A DNA stretch of 64,000 bases from positions 3,578,349 to 3,642,348 of the forward strand of contig CM082586.2 of assembly GCA_040954595.2 (NCBI GenBank), read 5' to 3'. Positions 37,601 to 52,600 of this stretch are shown piece by piece. The notes under the pieces were generated by a model that worked only from the letters and a program-made list of their open reading frames with translations, made no database searches and was not told the origin of the DNA. Position numbers and translations under genes: made by a program. The DNA is from Balanoglossus misakiensis (Eukaryota; Animalia; Hemichordata). Position 1 is the first letter of the stretch. The number at the start of each line of letters is the position of its first letter.

Positions 37601-40600
37601 GGTTCCAGGACAGACTCACAAAGTCGGAGCCCACAGAGGTTACAGATGGCACTCCTGGTCTGCTTGGTGGATCTGAAAGTGATTTAGAAAAGGCATCACT
37701 CATTTCTGCATCTTTCATTCTTTCTTAGTGCATAAGTTAACTGACTCTCGTCACATGAACTGTAACAAGTCTCCCAACAAATTTCAAATTAAAATAAACC
37801 AAATTAAAACAAAGCGCATCCTGTCCAGACAAATTGGAGCATATAGCAACAAGCTTTACATTCAGAGCAAAAGACCAATGCCAAACGAATATAGACATGT
37901 ACCATCTGGACAGTTTCTGCCGGACTAAAGTTTGGGGGGTCAGGATAGATGCTCCGAGACAAACTATCTGAGAACCTGTGAAAAGGTCCTTACCGAATGG
38001 ATCCTTGGCCAAGATGGGGTTTCTGCTGGTCAGAGGTTCGCTGGCTCCTACGTCATTTTCGGCGCTTACTCTGAACCAATAGTTTTTACCTTCGTGTAAG
38101 CCTTGTGCTGTAAATGTTGGTTCCTTTACAGAGCTGGCAACTGTAATGATTCAAACGTTTGGTAGTATACATGAATGCATGTAAATGTATCCAAGCGAAA
38201 AGAGGATATGGTAGTGAGGAAGAAATGGTTGTTCGAGATGTACGACTAACTAGATTTACCTGTGAACCATCTATCAGTGCCATCTTCTTTTCTATCAACC
38301 ACATAGTTTCTGATTGGTGTACCGCCGTTGTATTCTGGTGGCTTCCAAGTAATTGTGATGGTATTCTTGGTGACGTCACCGACTTCAAGATTTCTCGGGG
38401 GATCCGGAACCTCTGTTGTTAAAATAACAAAATGACAGTTTCAGCGCAATCATAATTACTCATGCCATTCTCCAGATCAACAACTTGGACTATTATTATA
38501 ACCAAACCGATGTTTATTACTTACGCATGACTTTGACATTGATAGGAGCAGTGTCAGACCCAATGTCATTGGAGATGGTGACCTTGAATACGCCCTCGTC
38601 GTCTGGTGTGCAGTCTCTGACAGACAATATCACGTAGTCCTCCATCACCATGACCTTCAACTTCTTATCCTCTGAAAGAGCAACAGGCAAATACCTCAGA
38701 TTGGTTATTTAAGGTGTTTTGCCATTGCATTCCAGGTTCACAAGGAATATGCAACCATTGCAAAAAATAATTTCACAGTTGCAAAGACCAATAGACAAAA
38801 GACGATACACACAGGACAGACAATCAACAGAACACACAGAACAAAGTCAAGTCCGTGAAAGACAGATATATGGAATACCGATGTATATATAGTAATGTCA
38901 GGTGTTTCGAAAATAGTGAGCTCATCCTGCCCCACACGTGGCACTTAGTCGAGGTCTTACCGTCCAATTTCCTTCCGTTCTTGGAGACGGCCGCTTGGAT
39001 GTTGCCTGCTCCGCTGAATGGGATCTTGACTTTGAAGCTGTTGCCGATTTCTGTGGTGACATCCTTTGGTATTTGGTTTATCTTGGGTGGGCCTGGCAAG
39101 AAGAGATACGTCATTGCTAGCATCAGTGTGTGCTTTTCCCAAAAGGGATATTTGGTGATAGTATGCGGAGGATGGTTCAATGTATGCATTACATGGACAT
39201 GAGGAAAGAATACATCTAAATGATGAATATCATAACAATATAGAATGCAGTTTTGAATTAGGAATCAGTAATGAGGGATTTCACTTACGTTCGACAACAA
39301 TCTTGCAGGTGCAGACATCGGAGCCAAGTTTATTACGAACTTCGCATTTGTACTCGCCACCATCACTTAGATCGATGCTTTTGATCGTCAGCGATCGAGC
39401 ATCGTCGTCGTCTCGTGTCTGGTAGCGCATAGATGTGTACAACTCTCGGCCATCTTTAAACCTGATATTTAACAACACAACATTGCAAATTTAAAATACG
39501 TTTCAATATACAATACTCGGAGTAGTAAAAGAAGGTCATTTCTTGGATAACGGAACACTGTTGCCTGAACGAATTCTCATGGTTAGAACGTGTTTGGACT
39601 GCAATTGAAGAGCGAAGGTTAATAGTAGTAAAACATCAACATACCATTTCACTTCTGGTGTAGGGGATCCTAGGACGGTCACATCCAATGTCATTGGCTG
39701 ATCAAAAACAGCAGTGGAGTTGCGCAACCTCTTCAAAAACCCGGCAGGTTCGCCAACTGTGAGAGGTAGAAGAGAGTGAGAGAGAAACTTTCAGGTTATG
39801 CAAATACGTCTAGATAGATTTCCTGACATACCATATATCCAGAACGGACTCACAGACATGTACTGTTTTGCAAGTTTGTGGTCTGTATTAGCACAATAGT
39901 GAACACTGCATACCTATTTTCTCCTTGACCTCAACAGGACTGGTCTCGTCGCTGGGCGATCCTAGACCGGCTGCATTTTGCGCGGAAACACGGAACACAT
40001 ACTGGCTGTTCTCGATCAGATCGCCAACGGTGAATCTAGGTTCCCTGACCGGATAAAGGTTCGCTTTCCTCCAATCTTCACTGTCGGGTTGCCGGTATTC
40101 AACAACATATCCTGAACAAAATGTAATGAACGAGAAAAGTATTATCAGATTTCACAGCAAAAGTATAAACTCGCAAAATTCACCATGAAACAATTACCAT
40201 TGTGACTTCCACCAAGTTCTACTTTGTAAGAAGTTTGTTCCTTAAAGTTTGCAACATTACCTGTTACTCTGCTGCCTCCATCAGATTTGGGTGGTGACCA
40301 TGACAAATCAACAAAGTTTCTACCAATCGTGTCCACTGTTGGTGTGCTGGGAGTACCAGGGGTTGCTGTGAAGATAACGAAAAGACATATATCAGATAAT
40401 GCTAACTGCGAATAGGCGGCAAATTACTTTGTTGTAAATTCACCTGTTATAAGCCAGATGGTGTATCTTATGACTCAGATTCTAACTGATTCTTCCCAGT
40501 CTGGTTGAATAAATAGTAATCTTTTAAAAATAAATTATAAGGGGAAAAGGTGGAACTTACTGTATTGTGGACGTGGTGTTACAGCGTCTGAATTGCTGCT

Positions 40601-43600
40601 TGGTTTGCTGAAGCCCGCTATATTCTTCGCTTTGACACGGAATTCATATTCGGTGGTCTCGTCCAAGTTGCTGAGAGACACGGACAGACTCTTGACGGCG
40701 TATTCGACAGCCTAGAGAGGAGGGATTGAGAGTTGGAAATACGCATGGTTTGTAAGGAATTACTCGGTGTGACAGGGTAGGGTATACTAGAGAATCCGTT
40801 GCATGAAAACCAGAAATGGCCATCATGAAACAGATTGTGTCTAGATCAATGATTTCCAATATGACAAATCCAAGAATGGCATCGTATGGACCTTAGTCAG
40901 AAGGACGGTCCCCAAAGAACTGATTGGAAATAATTTTGAATCATCTAGTGACTCAAACTACTGCACCAGTTTACACTTACAGGTTCCCAAGCACTGGTGT
41001 CCAGATTCTTCTTTTCCACCGTATAACCCAAGATCTTCACTCCACCATCAGACTCTGGTTCTGCCCAGGTCAGCGTCACGAAGCCTCTGTCAATACCGGT
41101 TATGTCCGGTTTACCCGGTGGACTTGGCACATCTGATGATGAAACGAAAAATGTTTTCAATATGAGAGTATGGTATCAAAGTTGTTGTCTGGTCATATGG
41201 TCAACCGGCTAATTTTTTTCTGTATATACACAAAGTTTGTTCGAAAATACCGGTAGTTTCCAATGTTATTCCTTCCCATAAACATTCAATATGAGTGTTG
41301 GTGTTAATATGAAGTAGGCGTTTCCAACTTGTGCAAGTAAGTTATCAACACATGGGATTTTGATATCGTTGTGAGGCAAGATTTGTAGGAGAACATAAGG
41401 CCTTGCAATGCATCATAGGATAGCATAAATGGCAACCACATCGCACAAAAATTGCAAACACATCAATTGAGTCTTCATACCGTATGGATTCTTGGCTGTG
41501 ACGGATGTCTTGGTGTCCAGCGGATCACTGACACCATGCTCGTTTTCCGCGCGCACACGGAAGGAGTACTCCATGCCTTCGTCCAGGTTGGAGATCACGT
41601 ACTTCGGCTGCTTGATGAAACTGCTGGCCTTTATCCAGGTGCTGGTGCCGGCCTCGCGTTTCTCGACGATGTAGTTGGAGATCAGGCTTCCGCCGTCGTC
41701 TTTCGGCGGGCTCCAAGTCAGCTTGGCTGAGTCAGCTGTGACTTCGGATACCTCGAGAGGGCCTTCTGGTGGACCAGGATGGTCTAGAAGGAAACATACA
41801 AATTCTTTTAGTTGTGAAACAGGAGAATACAGCTTAACAGCCAAACAGGAGTGCCTCGCTTGTGTTTTGCGAATAAGTTTACTATGAAATTGTTACACTC
41901 ACCAACCACATTAATCTTGACAGTTGCGGTATCTGTACCCTTGGGGTTGTGCAGGGTCAACTTGTACACTCCACTGTCGTCTCGCTCGGCGGATTTGCAT
42001 TTCAACGTTGCTTCCTTCGGTTGCGTTTCGGTCGTCAATCGATGATCGGGTTTGACTTCGGCGTCGTCTTGATCCTCTCGTGTCCACGTGACTTTTGGAA
42101 CTGGGGTTCCTTCGAATGGAATGCTGACATTGAACGGCTCTCCGGCAGGCACGGTGATGGTCTTGTTCTTGGAATCGTATGGAATGGACGGTCTCGCTGT
42201 TTGAGAAAAATGACACTTTTAATGCAACTACACCAAGATGGTGTCCACATTTATAGTGATGTTTGTTGTCCTTAAAAACTACAAAAATCATGGTAAAAAT
42301 ACGAAAATATCACACACGTGACGAATGAATACTACAAAATGCATGCCTTGACGTTTGTACAGACAGTGTGTATAGCTGAACTCGCTGCGAAACTCTGGTA
42401 TAATTTGTTTAGTTACATAGAACATAATTCAGAAGATCCTGGTGCATTTAATGTCTACTTACATGGTGGTGGTGCGGCCATGATGGACTCTGAAGTTTGA
42501 CTTGGTTTTCCCGGCCCGGCAGCATTGACTGCCATCACACGGAAGTCATACTCCCGACCTTCGGTCAATCGAGGTATGGTGAACGTGGTTGACAGCGTTG
42601 GGGACTTGTTGACGGGGGACCATTTCGTGCTGTCGGCGTCCTTCTTTTCGACCACGTAGCCAATGATGCGGTTGCCACCGTCCGAATGGGGTTTAGTCCA
42701 CTGTATGGTCACACTGGTGCTGGTTGTTTCCGTTGGCTTGGGCTCTCCGGGCGCACCTGGCGGGTCTGTGGGAAAGGACCAATCACGGCAGGGTTACAAC
42801 ACATCATCAGCATATTAGTATTGTTTACACACATTTTGTACACATGCATTCTCGACGTCTTGTTTTCGCAGCCTAATGTGATTGACAAAACCCTTACCAT
42901 ATGGGTTCTTGGCGAGAACTGCCTCGCTCGTCGTCAGTGGTTTGCTAGCACCATACTGATTTTCAGCTCGGATGCGGAACTCGTACTCCGAGCCTTCGAC
43001 TAGGTTGCGTACTTTGCAGCTTGGCCCACTGCAGAAATTCGTGACCTTCTTCCATTTACCAGTTCCCGCCTCGCATTTCTCGACGATGTAGTTGTCAACT
43101 TCGTTGGCACCATCTAGTGGTGGTTTCCAGTGAAGAGTGAGCCCGTCACCGGTGACGTCAGACGCAGTTAGAGGTCCCTCCGGAGTTCCTGGCGCGTCTG
43201 CATGAAAGAAAATTACGATCAGAGATAAAAATTCAACGAGCGAGCAAAGTTTTCCATTCATTGGATAAGAGGAACTAACTAGCTTTGAAGTTGGAAAAAA
43301 AATTTCTGTATTAGCATATAGGTCAGGACTGACACCCATTCGCCTTGTTCAAATCCAAGTGCACAGAGTACAGTCTGGCTCAAGGCAGCCAAGAACTCAC
43401 CTAAGACAGTCACTTTGACCTTTGCACTATCCCTTCCTGATGGATTGGATAGCGTCACCTCATAAACCCCGCCATTCTCTCGGTGAGCATCCTCCACTTT
43501 CACAATGGTCATCTTCTCCGTCGTCTTGACAGTGACCGTGCTGCTCTCGACCAGGTCCTTCTCCCGCAGTGTCCAAGTCACGGTGGGCGTCGGCACACCA

Positions 43601-46600
43601 GTGAACGGCAACTTGAGCTCAAAGTTCTCTCCAGCCTTGATTTTGATGTTCTTCAAGTCACCGATGTCCAACTTCGGTTTTTCTGAAAAGTAGAAGGAAG
43701 AAAGTCACGACAGATTGTAGACGACGTGTCAGCGTCGTCGACATTGAAACTGCAGCTCATAATTGCTCTGAGAGTTTGGGGTATCCTTGCCTTTAAAACT
43801 CTGATCACTTCTACCACAAGGTCTTCAGTAAAGTAGCAAGCAATGGACAGAAAATGACATTTCGTGCTAGAACGTAGATGATACCAATTCCACCACGAAG
43901 TCTAATCGTCTATGTGTCCCTTACCTGGTTTGTCTTCAACAACTGTCATCAGCGGTGAACTCGGTTTGCCTGGGCCAAGTTCGTTGACTGCACGCACCCT
44001 AAACTCCATCTCTTTCCCTTCGTCCAGGTTCGGTACCAGCGCATTGTTGGCTTTGGCTGGAACAGAAACGGCCTGCAGAGGAAAGTGGAAACCAACAATG
44101 CTTATAACAAACATTGTGAACAGCATTCAATATGAATGGCTATATCAACGAACACTGCCCTTTTATAAATAGTTTTACCGTAAAACAAGTCATAATATCT
44201 CAGAAAAAAAATGCTCCAACTGATTAATCTCAAACATCACCTCTTCCCAATCTTTTCCGGGCTCCTTCTTCTCCACCACATATCCAGTGATGGGAGAGCC
44301 ACCGTCATTCCTTGGTTTTTCCCAAGATAACGCGACCGAATCCTTGGTCACCTTGTCCAGTTGTGGTTTTCCTGGTGCATCAGCCGCAACTGTCGATGAA
44401 ATCAGTTATTTGATTATGTCTGATATCACTATTTTTATCATGCCTTTAGAATCAATTTTAGTTTTCGAATATGAATATATGTTACTAAGTGAGTTCAGCA
44501 TTAGCAATGGAACTGGCTGGATGTTGTGTCTTTAACTAACAGTGTAAAATAGTATCATATAATGTCAAAACAACTCACAGATTGGATTCCTCGCAACTTG
44601 TTTGTCGGAAACTCGACTTGGTTTGCCAGGCCCAGCCTCGTTGACAGCCATCACACGGAACTCATACTCCACACCTTCCCACAGGTTGGACACCGTGTAT
44701 TTGGTGTCCCTGCATGGGACCTGGTTGGCCTTGGACCACTTGGGTTCGTCCGTTGCCCGGAACTCGACTTTGTAGCCTTCGATGGGGTTGCCGCCATCAT
44801 AGTCGGGTTTGGTCCACACCAAGCTGATTGATTTGGTGGAGTGGTCTGTTATTTTGGGCGTTCCGGGTGCATCTGGAGGGTCTGCAAGAAAAGGGAAAAT
44901 AGGAAACTTCAGATCTGATTCGATTACTCTTTTCTGTGGAATTTCATGACCCGTTGCTGATCTCAGCCTTATTTTTGTATGATATATCTGAGCTAGTCTT
45001 CGTCTCACCAGCATTTTGCGCTTCTAACATGTTCAAATAAACATGTACTTTGAAAATCCGAGTAACTATGTCAACCTATTTCGTATAGATGTCACAACTT
45101 CAGGTACCAAATATGGTATGGTAACTGTAACAGTTCATGTCATGATGTCATAACTCACGGCCTATATATTACTACATGCGCAGACTGAAAACTCACCGAA
45201 CGGCAACTTGACTGTCACCGACTTCCCAGTAGTCAGGGGCTCGCTGGTGCCGTACTGATTAACGGCGCGCACGCGGAACTGGTAGTCCTCGTTCTCGTCC
45301 AACTTCTTCACGGTGCACTTGGTGTTCGTCACATTGCTGGACACTTTAGTCCAGTCGGGTTCGTTGGTTTTCTTCTTCTCCACGATGTATCCGGTGATCA
45401 TTCCACCGCCGTCATCCTCCGGTTCCTTCCAGGTAAGCGTCACTGATTCCCGATCAACATCTGTTGGTGTCAGGGGGCCTTCCGGCGCACTTGGTTTGTC
45501 TTGAGAATGCAAACAGGAAGATAGTCAATATACAACTTGTTCAAAAGCTATTTGTGGATTGTAAATTATTTCAATAATTTTCGATCTTCTTCAAAAGCTG
45601 TTTGTGGATTGTAAATTATTTCAATAATATTCGATATGCACTATGTAAGTGTTATACTTAATAATACATGCACCAACATACGAATATGTCGATGACGTGA
45701 CTTTCAAGGGAAGGGGGTACTCTGGTAGATTTTGGTTTGGGAAGAACCGACCCTGTCACGATAACATATCCCAACGCACACACCAACACCTATTAGGAGC
45801 ACACCTCCAGGGGTGGAGTAGACCTACCAAGAACGATAACCTTGAAATCGGCAGAAGCTACACCGCGGTCGTTTTCCAACTGTATCTTGTACGTTCCGGT
45901 ATCTCCGCGCTCAGCTGTCCTTGTCGTCAGCAGCGCATTCTCCTCGGTGCTCTCTGTGGTCGTCCTGTTGGATGGCGTCAGTGGACAGTTGTCCTTGGAC
46001 CACGTCACCGTTGGTGGCGGGCTACCACTGATGGGGACGTCGATGTTGAAGGTTTCGCCGGCGCGAACTTTGATGTCGCGAGAGTATGGATCGACATTCA
46101 CACTTGGCTTTTCTATAAATGTCAGACGAAGAGAAGAGAAAAATGTTAGTCAGTAGTGGGAGACATGACAACTGCTCAGATGATCGCATGTGACCACATG
46201 ATGTATACTCTACATCAAAGTTGACTGACATTGAAAAATGAAATTACATCGAAATTAAGTTTTTTATAAGTCAAACACAAAAGACATTAAAAAAGAGCGT
46301 GTACGATGAAAAATCCTGCAAATGCAATTGTCGCGAGCATTCACTTATAATTATGAATCGGGTGCATAAGCAATCATCCCATTGAGTGATGTGAGTGGAA
46401 TTAACATCACTGACAATACTCACCGAACTGTGGTTTAGCGATCTGTGCATTCGACGGTTCACTCGGCTCACTTGGTCCGGCTTTGTTTTCCGCCATGACG
46501 CGGAACTCGTACTCTTTCCCTTCAATCAGACCGGGCACCGTGAACTTTGTGCCGATCACCGGCGATTTGCTGGCTTTCATCCACCTGTTGGACTTGGTGT

Positions 46601-49600
46601 CTTTCTTCTCGACGATGTAACCTTCGATCGGAGCACCTCCATCACTCTTTGGTGCAGCCCACTGTAAGGTCATCTCGTTTCGGTCGTAGGCAAGGATTTC
46701 TGGTTTACCAGGTGCATCAGCGGCGTCTGAAATCACGTGTGAATGAAATTCATGTTAATTTATTAAACCAGTAATAATGTCGATACATACATACATACAT
46801 GTCGATACATACATACATACATACATACATCATACATACATACATAGATACATACATTACATTACATTAAATATAGGTAAAATATACAACACTCACCATA
46901 TGGATTTTTGGCCAATATGGGCTCTGTAGTCATCAGAGGTTCGCTCAGGCCACCAGTTCCGTTCTCTGCCCGCACACGGAAATCGTACGATTTCCCGGGT
47001 TTCAGTTTCCCGGCAGTGACAGAAGTTCCCGGCACATAGCTGCTGACCGGAGCCCAGGTGTTGGAGTCGGTGTCGCGTTTCTCCACCACGTACGCGGCGA
47101 TCGGACTGCCACCGTCGTCTGCTGGCGGGTTCCACGACAACACGGCTGATTCGGCCATGACGTCGGATACTTTAAGGGGTCCTTCTGGTGCGGTTGGCTT
47201 GTCTGTTAGTGTGCAAGAAATGTAAAGTCAAAGGAAAATACCATTGAAAATCACTGTAACATGAGTTGCCTGGGCATCACATTGATTTCAGTATTGCGAG
47301 ACCTTTGCCTCCATCACTTACCTTGGACATTGACAATGCATTTGGCGCTGGTGGTACCCTGGTCGTTGGTCAGGATCAGTTCGTATTCTCCAGAGTCGCC
47401 CCTCTCAGCCTGCCTGGTTTGCAACAGTGCCTGGTTCTCTGTGTCCTCCTGCTTCACCCTCTCCGACGGCTTAATGGGCTCGCCGTTCTTCTTCCAGGTG
47501 ACGGTCGGTGGGGGTGCTCCATCGATTGGCACCTCGAACTTGAAGTCTTGGCCGGCTTTGACTTTGATGTCTCTGAGTGCGGTAGGGTTCAGTGTCGGTT
47601 TCGCTAAATATCATGAAAGAAAAGAGTAGTGTTTACAGCTCATGTTCTGAGTCGATCATCCCAGTATTTTTCTTGAATATTCAGATGCTAAAATTGTCTC
47701 TGTTCCAATGACTTTAATTAGTTTTAACAGTTTTGACAAGTTGCATAAATTCTGCCAAGCTATACCTACCGAACCTGGGTTTGGCCTTTTGAGGTTCGGA
47801 CACTTTACTCGGTTTGCCTTTTCCTGCCTTGTTGACGGCACTGACGCGGTATTCGTATTCCCGCCCTGGTATCAGGTCTTCGACCGTGCATTTTTTGTCC
47901 TTCACTGGTTTCTCGAAACATGGCGTCCAGCGCGTGGTGGCGCGGTCTCTCTTCTCCACGACGTAGCCCTCGATTGGAGCGCCGCCGTCATTTTTGGGGG
48001 CGCTCCATTCGAGATCCATGAAGTTCTTGTCGTAGTCGACGATTTCTGGAATTCCAGGTGAATCAGGCTCATCTGCGGAGAGGTAAAAAAAGCTTAAGAT
48101 TTGTGGCAAGACATTTAGGATTCTTCTGATGTCTAACCACTGCGGCAGTATGTGATTATCAAGTGCATTGTCAATATTACCAGAAACTACTGACATAAAA
48201 TATTTCAATAAACTCGTAGGTTGCTCAAATGAGGGATCATATTGTATATTTTTGGACGGATTGGATCTATGGCAAAGAATCAAATACTTAAGATATGCTG
48301 CTTGTGTCGAATTCAAGAGATATGTACAGTTGGTTTTGTCTGCTGAAAACGTGGCAGTATCTGTGAAGCCGATACATCAGGATGCACCATCTGGGACACT
48401 TACCGTATGGGTTCTTCGCAAGTATGGGCTCGGTGGTCATCAGTGGCTCACTGACGCCTTCCCTGTTCTCTGCACGAACCCTGAATTCGCACTGACTGCC
48501 CGGCACAAGTTTCTTGACGTCGAACGACGTGTCTTTGGGAGAGACGTCATCGCTGACCGGAGTCCAGGTCGGTCTTCTGTCGTCACGCTTCTCGATGACG
48601 TAGTTCAGCAGTTTGCTGCCGCCGTCATCTTTGGGCGGGTTCCAGTGAAGTTTGCAGGAGTCCGCATAGACGTCACTGACTTCCAAGGGACCTTCAGGAG
48701 CGGATGGTTTGTCTGTGGAGAAAAGATCACGGCGTGATTATGGTGATTCTAAGATAAATATATTTGAAAACAATTGTATTTCTGTATTGACATTACCAGT
48801 ATCTAGTAACTGAGGATTTATATGTATCGAAGATGCAGGCTCACCGAGTACATTGACCTTGACTTTGGCCGTGTCTTCACCGGAGTCATTACTGACCACA
48901 AGCTCATAAACTCCCGTATCTGCTCTTTCTGGTGATCTGTTAGACAGCGTTGTTTCTTTGGGTGATTTGTCGATTTTCAGCATATCTTTCGGCTCAATTT
49001 CCTTGCCATCTTTCTTCCATTTAGCCTCTGGGGCTGGACTGCCACTGAACCCAGCATTCAACTTCAACGGTTGTCCGGCCTTAACCGTGACTTCTTCCGG
49101 TAGTTTTGATAAATCGATCTTTGGAGGCGCTGTGGATAGATTTAGCAGATAGAGATAGGGTGAATCTCTTCTGATACTGGTATTCTAACCTACACATGCT
49201 CAAGAGTATAACCTTATTCCACATTCATTTGCATATCATCTAAAATGTTAAACCATGAAGGTACGGTTAAACCAACCTTTTGGATCCTTGGCAATGATTG
49301 GCTCTGACGCTTCACTAGGTTCACTGGGGCCGGCCTCGTTCTGAGCGATGACGCGGAACTCGTAAGGCTTATCCTCCTGCAGACCTTCCACTTTGAAGTT
49401 CTCTTCCTTCACGGGGACTCGGTTGCATTTATCCCACTTTTCCGCGCCCGGTTCCCGCTTCTCGACGACGTATCCACTGACGGGACTTCCACCGTCGTTT
49501 TCCGGTTTGGCCCAGCTGAGCTTCGCCGAGTCTTTGGTGATGTCACCGACCTTGAGATCCCCTGGGGCATCAGCCGGTTCTGAATAATCATAAATAAAGG

Positions 49601-52600
49601 ATATGTACATCATATTTCATTTGTGACACCGAATGACATATCAGTCCATAACTTTGGTGTCTTTGGTGTTATGTATGTCAGTCAAAATGACATGCACGCT
49701 TACCGCAGTATAGTACGCTTTTTCATATGAGTGTGATGGAGGAACTTGAATTCGATAAAAATGTTGCTGGCCAAATGGAAAAAAATTATAGATGTCCCCG
49801 CAGAAGACTGGGAAACGTACTTAATAGTGCTACAAGCATATCCCACCAAAAGTTTTGGTTTTGGACATGACTTCCCCGAAATAAACAAAATTTGAACCAT
49901 AAGCTTACCGATCGGTTCTTTGGCAGTCACTGCTCTCGATGGTTTGCTGGGTTCACTTACACCCGCAGCGTTCTCTGCGACAACCCTGAACTCGTAGTCC
50001 TTGCCTTCAACGAGATCGGGGACAACGGCTTCCGTTTCCTGGAGTGGTTCCTTGACAGCCTTTGTCCATTTCCCGCCCCTTTCCTTCTTCTCAACGGCGT
50101 AGTTGGTGATGGGACTGCCCCCATCAAATTTGGGCGCTTTCCATTGGATTTTGGCGTGGTCCTTATGGACATCCACGACTTCTGGTTGGGAAGGCGCATC
50201 GGGCTCATCTGAGAAAACATCGCAATATCAAACAGGGTGGTTGAAAGCACATGCATGTATATCTATCTAACAGTATTGTGAAATTTCCCAAATGTCATCA
50301 GAATGTAAACTAATCCTGAATATGAAAAGAGTAATGTACACAAAAGAAATTTTTTCTTTGCAATATCGTTATCTCACCATAGGGATCCTTAGCTTTGACT
50401 GGTTTCGGTATCGATTTGGGTTCGCCAACCCCAACCTTGTTCTTGGCGCTGACACGGATCATGTAATCTTTACCCTCAGTGAGCTTGGGAACGGTGAACT
50501 CGGTTCCGGGAACATCTTCCTCCACCGTCGTCCAAGTGTCCTTGTTTGCCTCGCGTTTCTCCACCTTGTATCCTGTGATCGGCTCTCCGCCATCGTCGTC
50601 TGGTGCTTCCCAGGCGACAGATGCCGAGGTCTTGCTGGCGCCTGTCACGGAGACGTTCTTGGGCGCCTGTGGTGCATCTGAAACACGAGCAGGGAGCAAA
50701 TTAGGTCTTTTTAGGAAGATTGTCTTAAAAATTGAACAGACTGTCATGGGCAATGACTTTGCAAGTGGGATTACTGTGTTAGTTGTACTCTTGCGTATAT
50801 GACCCACAACATCCATCGAAGATTTGACTGGCTGTACTGAATTTAAAACCAAACCTTCGTATGACCATTGTGTATCGAAACGTTAACACAGTTGATATCT
50901 GGTATATTCAATGTAGACACAACGCCAAGTCATTTACAAGAATCCACAAAATGACAAATGAGATGATCCATGGAGGTAGAAGGGGGCCTTTTTTTCTACA
51001 CTCCAGAAATATATCGGCAAAACAACGTACCTACGACTTCAAGTTCAATATTACCGACATCCGACCCTCTCTCGTTGGAAATTTCAAGCTGATAATCTCC
51101 AGTGTCCGCCTTTTCACACGCAGGGATATGCAAAATAGCTTTGTCTGGTGTCTGCTCGCACTTCACGCGGTCCGACGGTTGGATTGGTTTACCGTCCTTC
51201 AGCCATTTCACTTTGGGCATTGGTTTTCCCTTCACGGGTGCCTCTAGTTTGGCCGGCTGGCCCTTCTTTGCCCTCACCTTTTTCAAGTCGTCCGGTATTT
51301 TGACCTTTGGAGGTTCTGAAATAACAGGTGCGTAGTTTAGAGGCCAACTCGTTGGTAGACATATTTTGCTATACTATTATTATTAGGCACTCCGTACAAA
51401 TAGTCGTCGGATATCCAGACATGGAGAGTGTAATTGTTTTCCTTGTTTCATTTCTCGTGTACCCGACGATGGAAATACCGTACTTCATTGTTAAAAAAAC
51501 CAATTTTGTCTGATTGGAATAAATAAATTAAAACATAAAAAGTAACGCATAAGTTGTTTTGGCATGACTTACGAGGAAACAAACATGTCTTTTTAGCGAT
51601 GGCAAACCAAATATCACAATAGCTAAAAGACTAAAGGTGGTGCGGACAACAAAAGGATCTTTGTTTTGGGGTGCTTACGGGATGTGACTGTAAACATCAT
51701 CAATCGTGCATACAAGAGCAAAGAAACTGATATAGATTTTACATCCTAAAAAACGGTGAAAAGGTCATTTTAAAGGACAGAGGATAAAATAGTCACTATT
51801 ACAATTAAACAAAACAAAAAAATGTGATATTCAAAATAATGGTTTCTTTAACTGTGACCAAACATCGAATCTAGTCTCACACTATGCATTTTACTTAGGC
51901 AAGTTTTGGTGTTATATACCTATGACATCTTCTACTCCGCATACTATGAAGAAGGGAGGGTCTTGCATGTTTGTTAACTACTTGATATAGAGAAATAGGT
52001 GTGTGCTATTGCACGTCAACAGGTCATGTGACATCACGTGATATTTCCGTAATTAGAGTATGACTTAGAGGCAAAGTGACAACAGTTTTTATTAATGAAT
52101 GAGATATGATGTGATCTTATGTGGAATCTAAAGGGTTCAGTACAACTAAAAAAATATCTGATGGGGTAGACTTTTCAAGTGCTTTTTTATACACATAGTG
52201 CTCCTAGATATCATGCGAAATGTGCGCGTGCGCTGAAACTTTTTTGTGTGTGTCACATCTGTTACCCTGGGGTACAGTAGCCTTATCGGTCGGTGGAACA
52301 ACAGCCGTCTCGTGCTCTTTTTCTCGTTGAACCATGACAGGCGTCTCAGAAACCTCCTTTAAAGCTGCCGGTGGTTTGGCTTTTGAATCGTCTTTCTCTG
52401 GCGGTTTAGCGGTAGGAGGAACACTTTGGCGGGCCTCTACTTTAGAAGATGGCGTCTTTGGTGGCGCCCTCTCTGAATATTATTTGAAATGCATCACGGT
52501 GTTATTAGAGAGCGATGAATTACCAAATAGGTTATATGTGGCAAGTGTGATGCGGAAGTCACATACAAAGTCATTCCAAACAGACACACACACGGTCACA

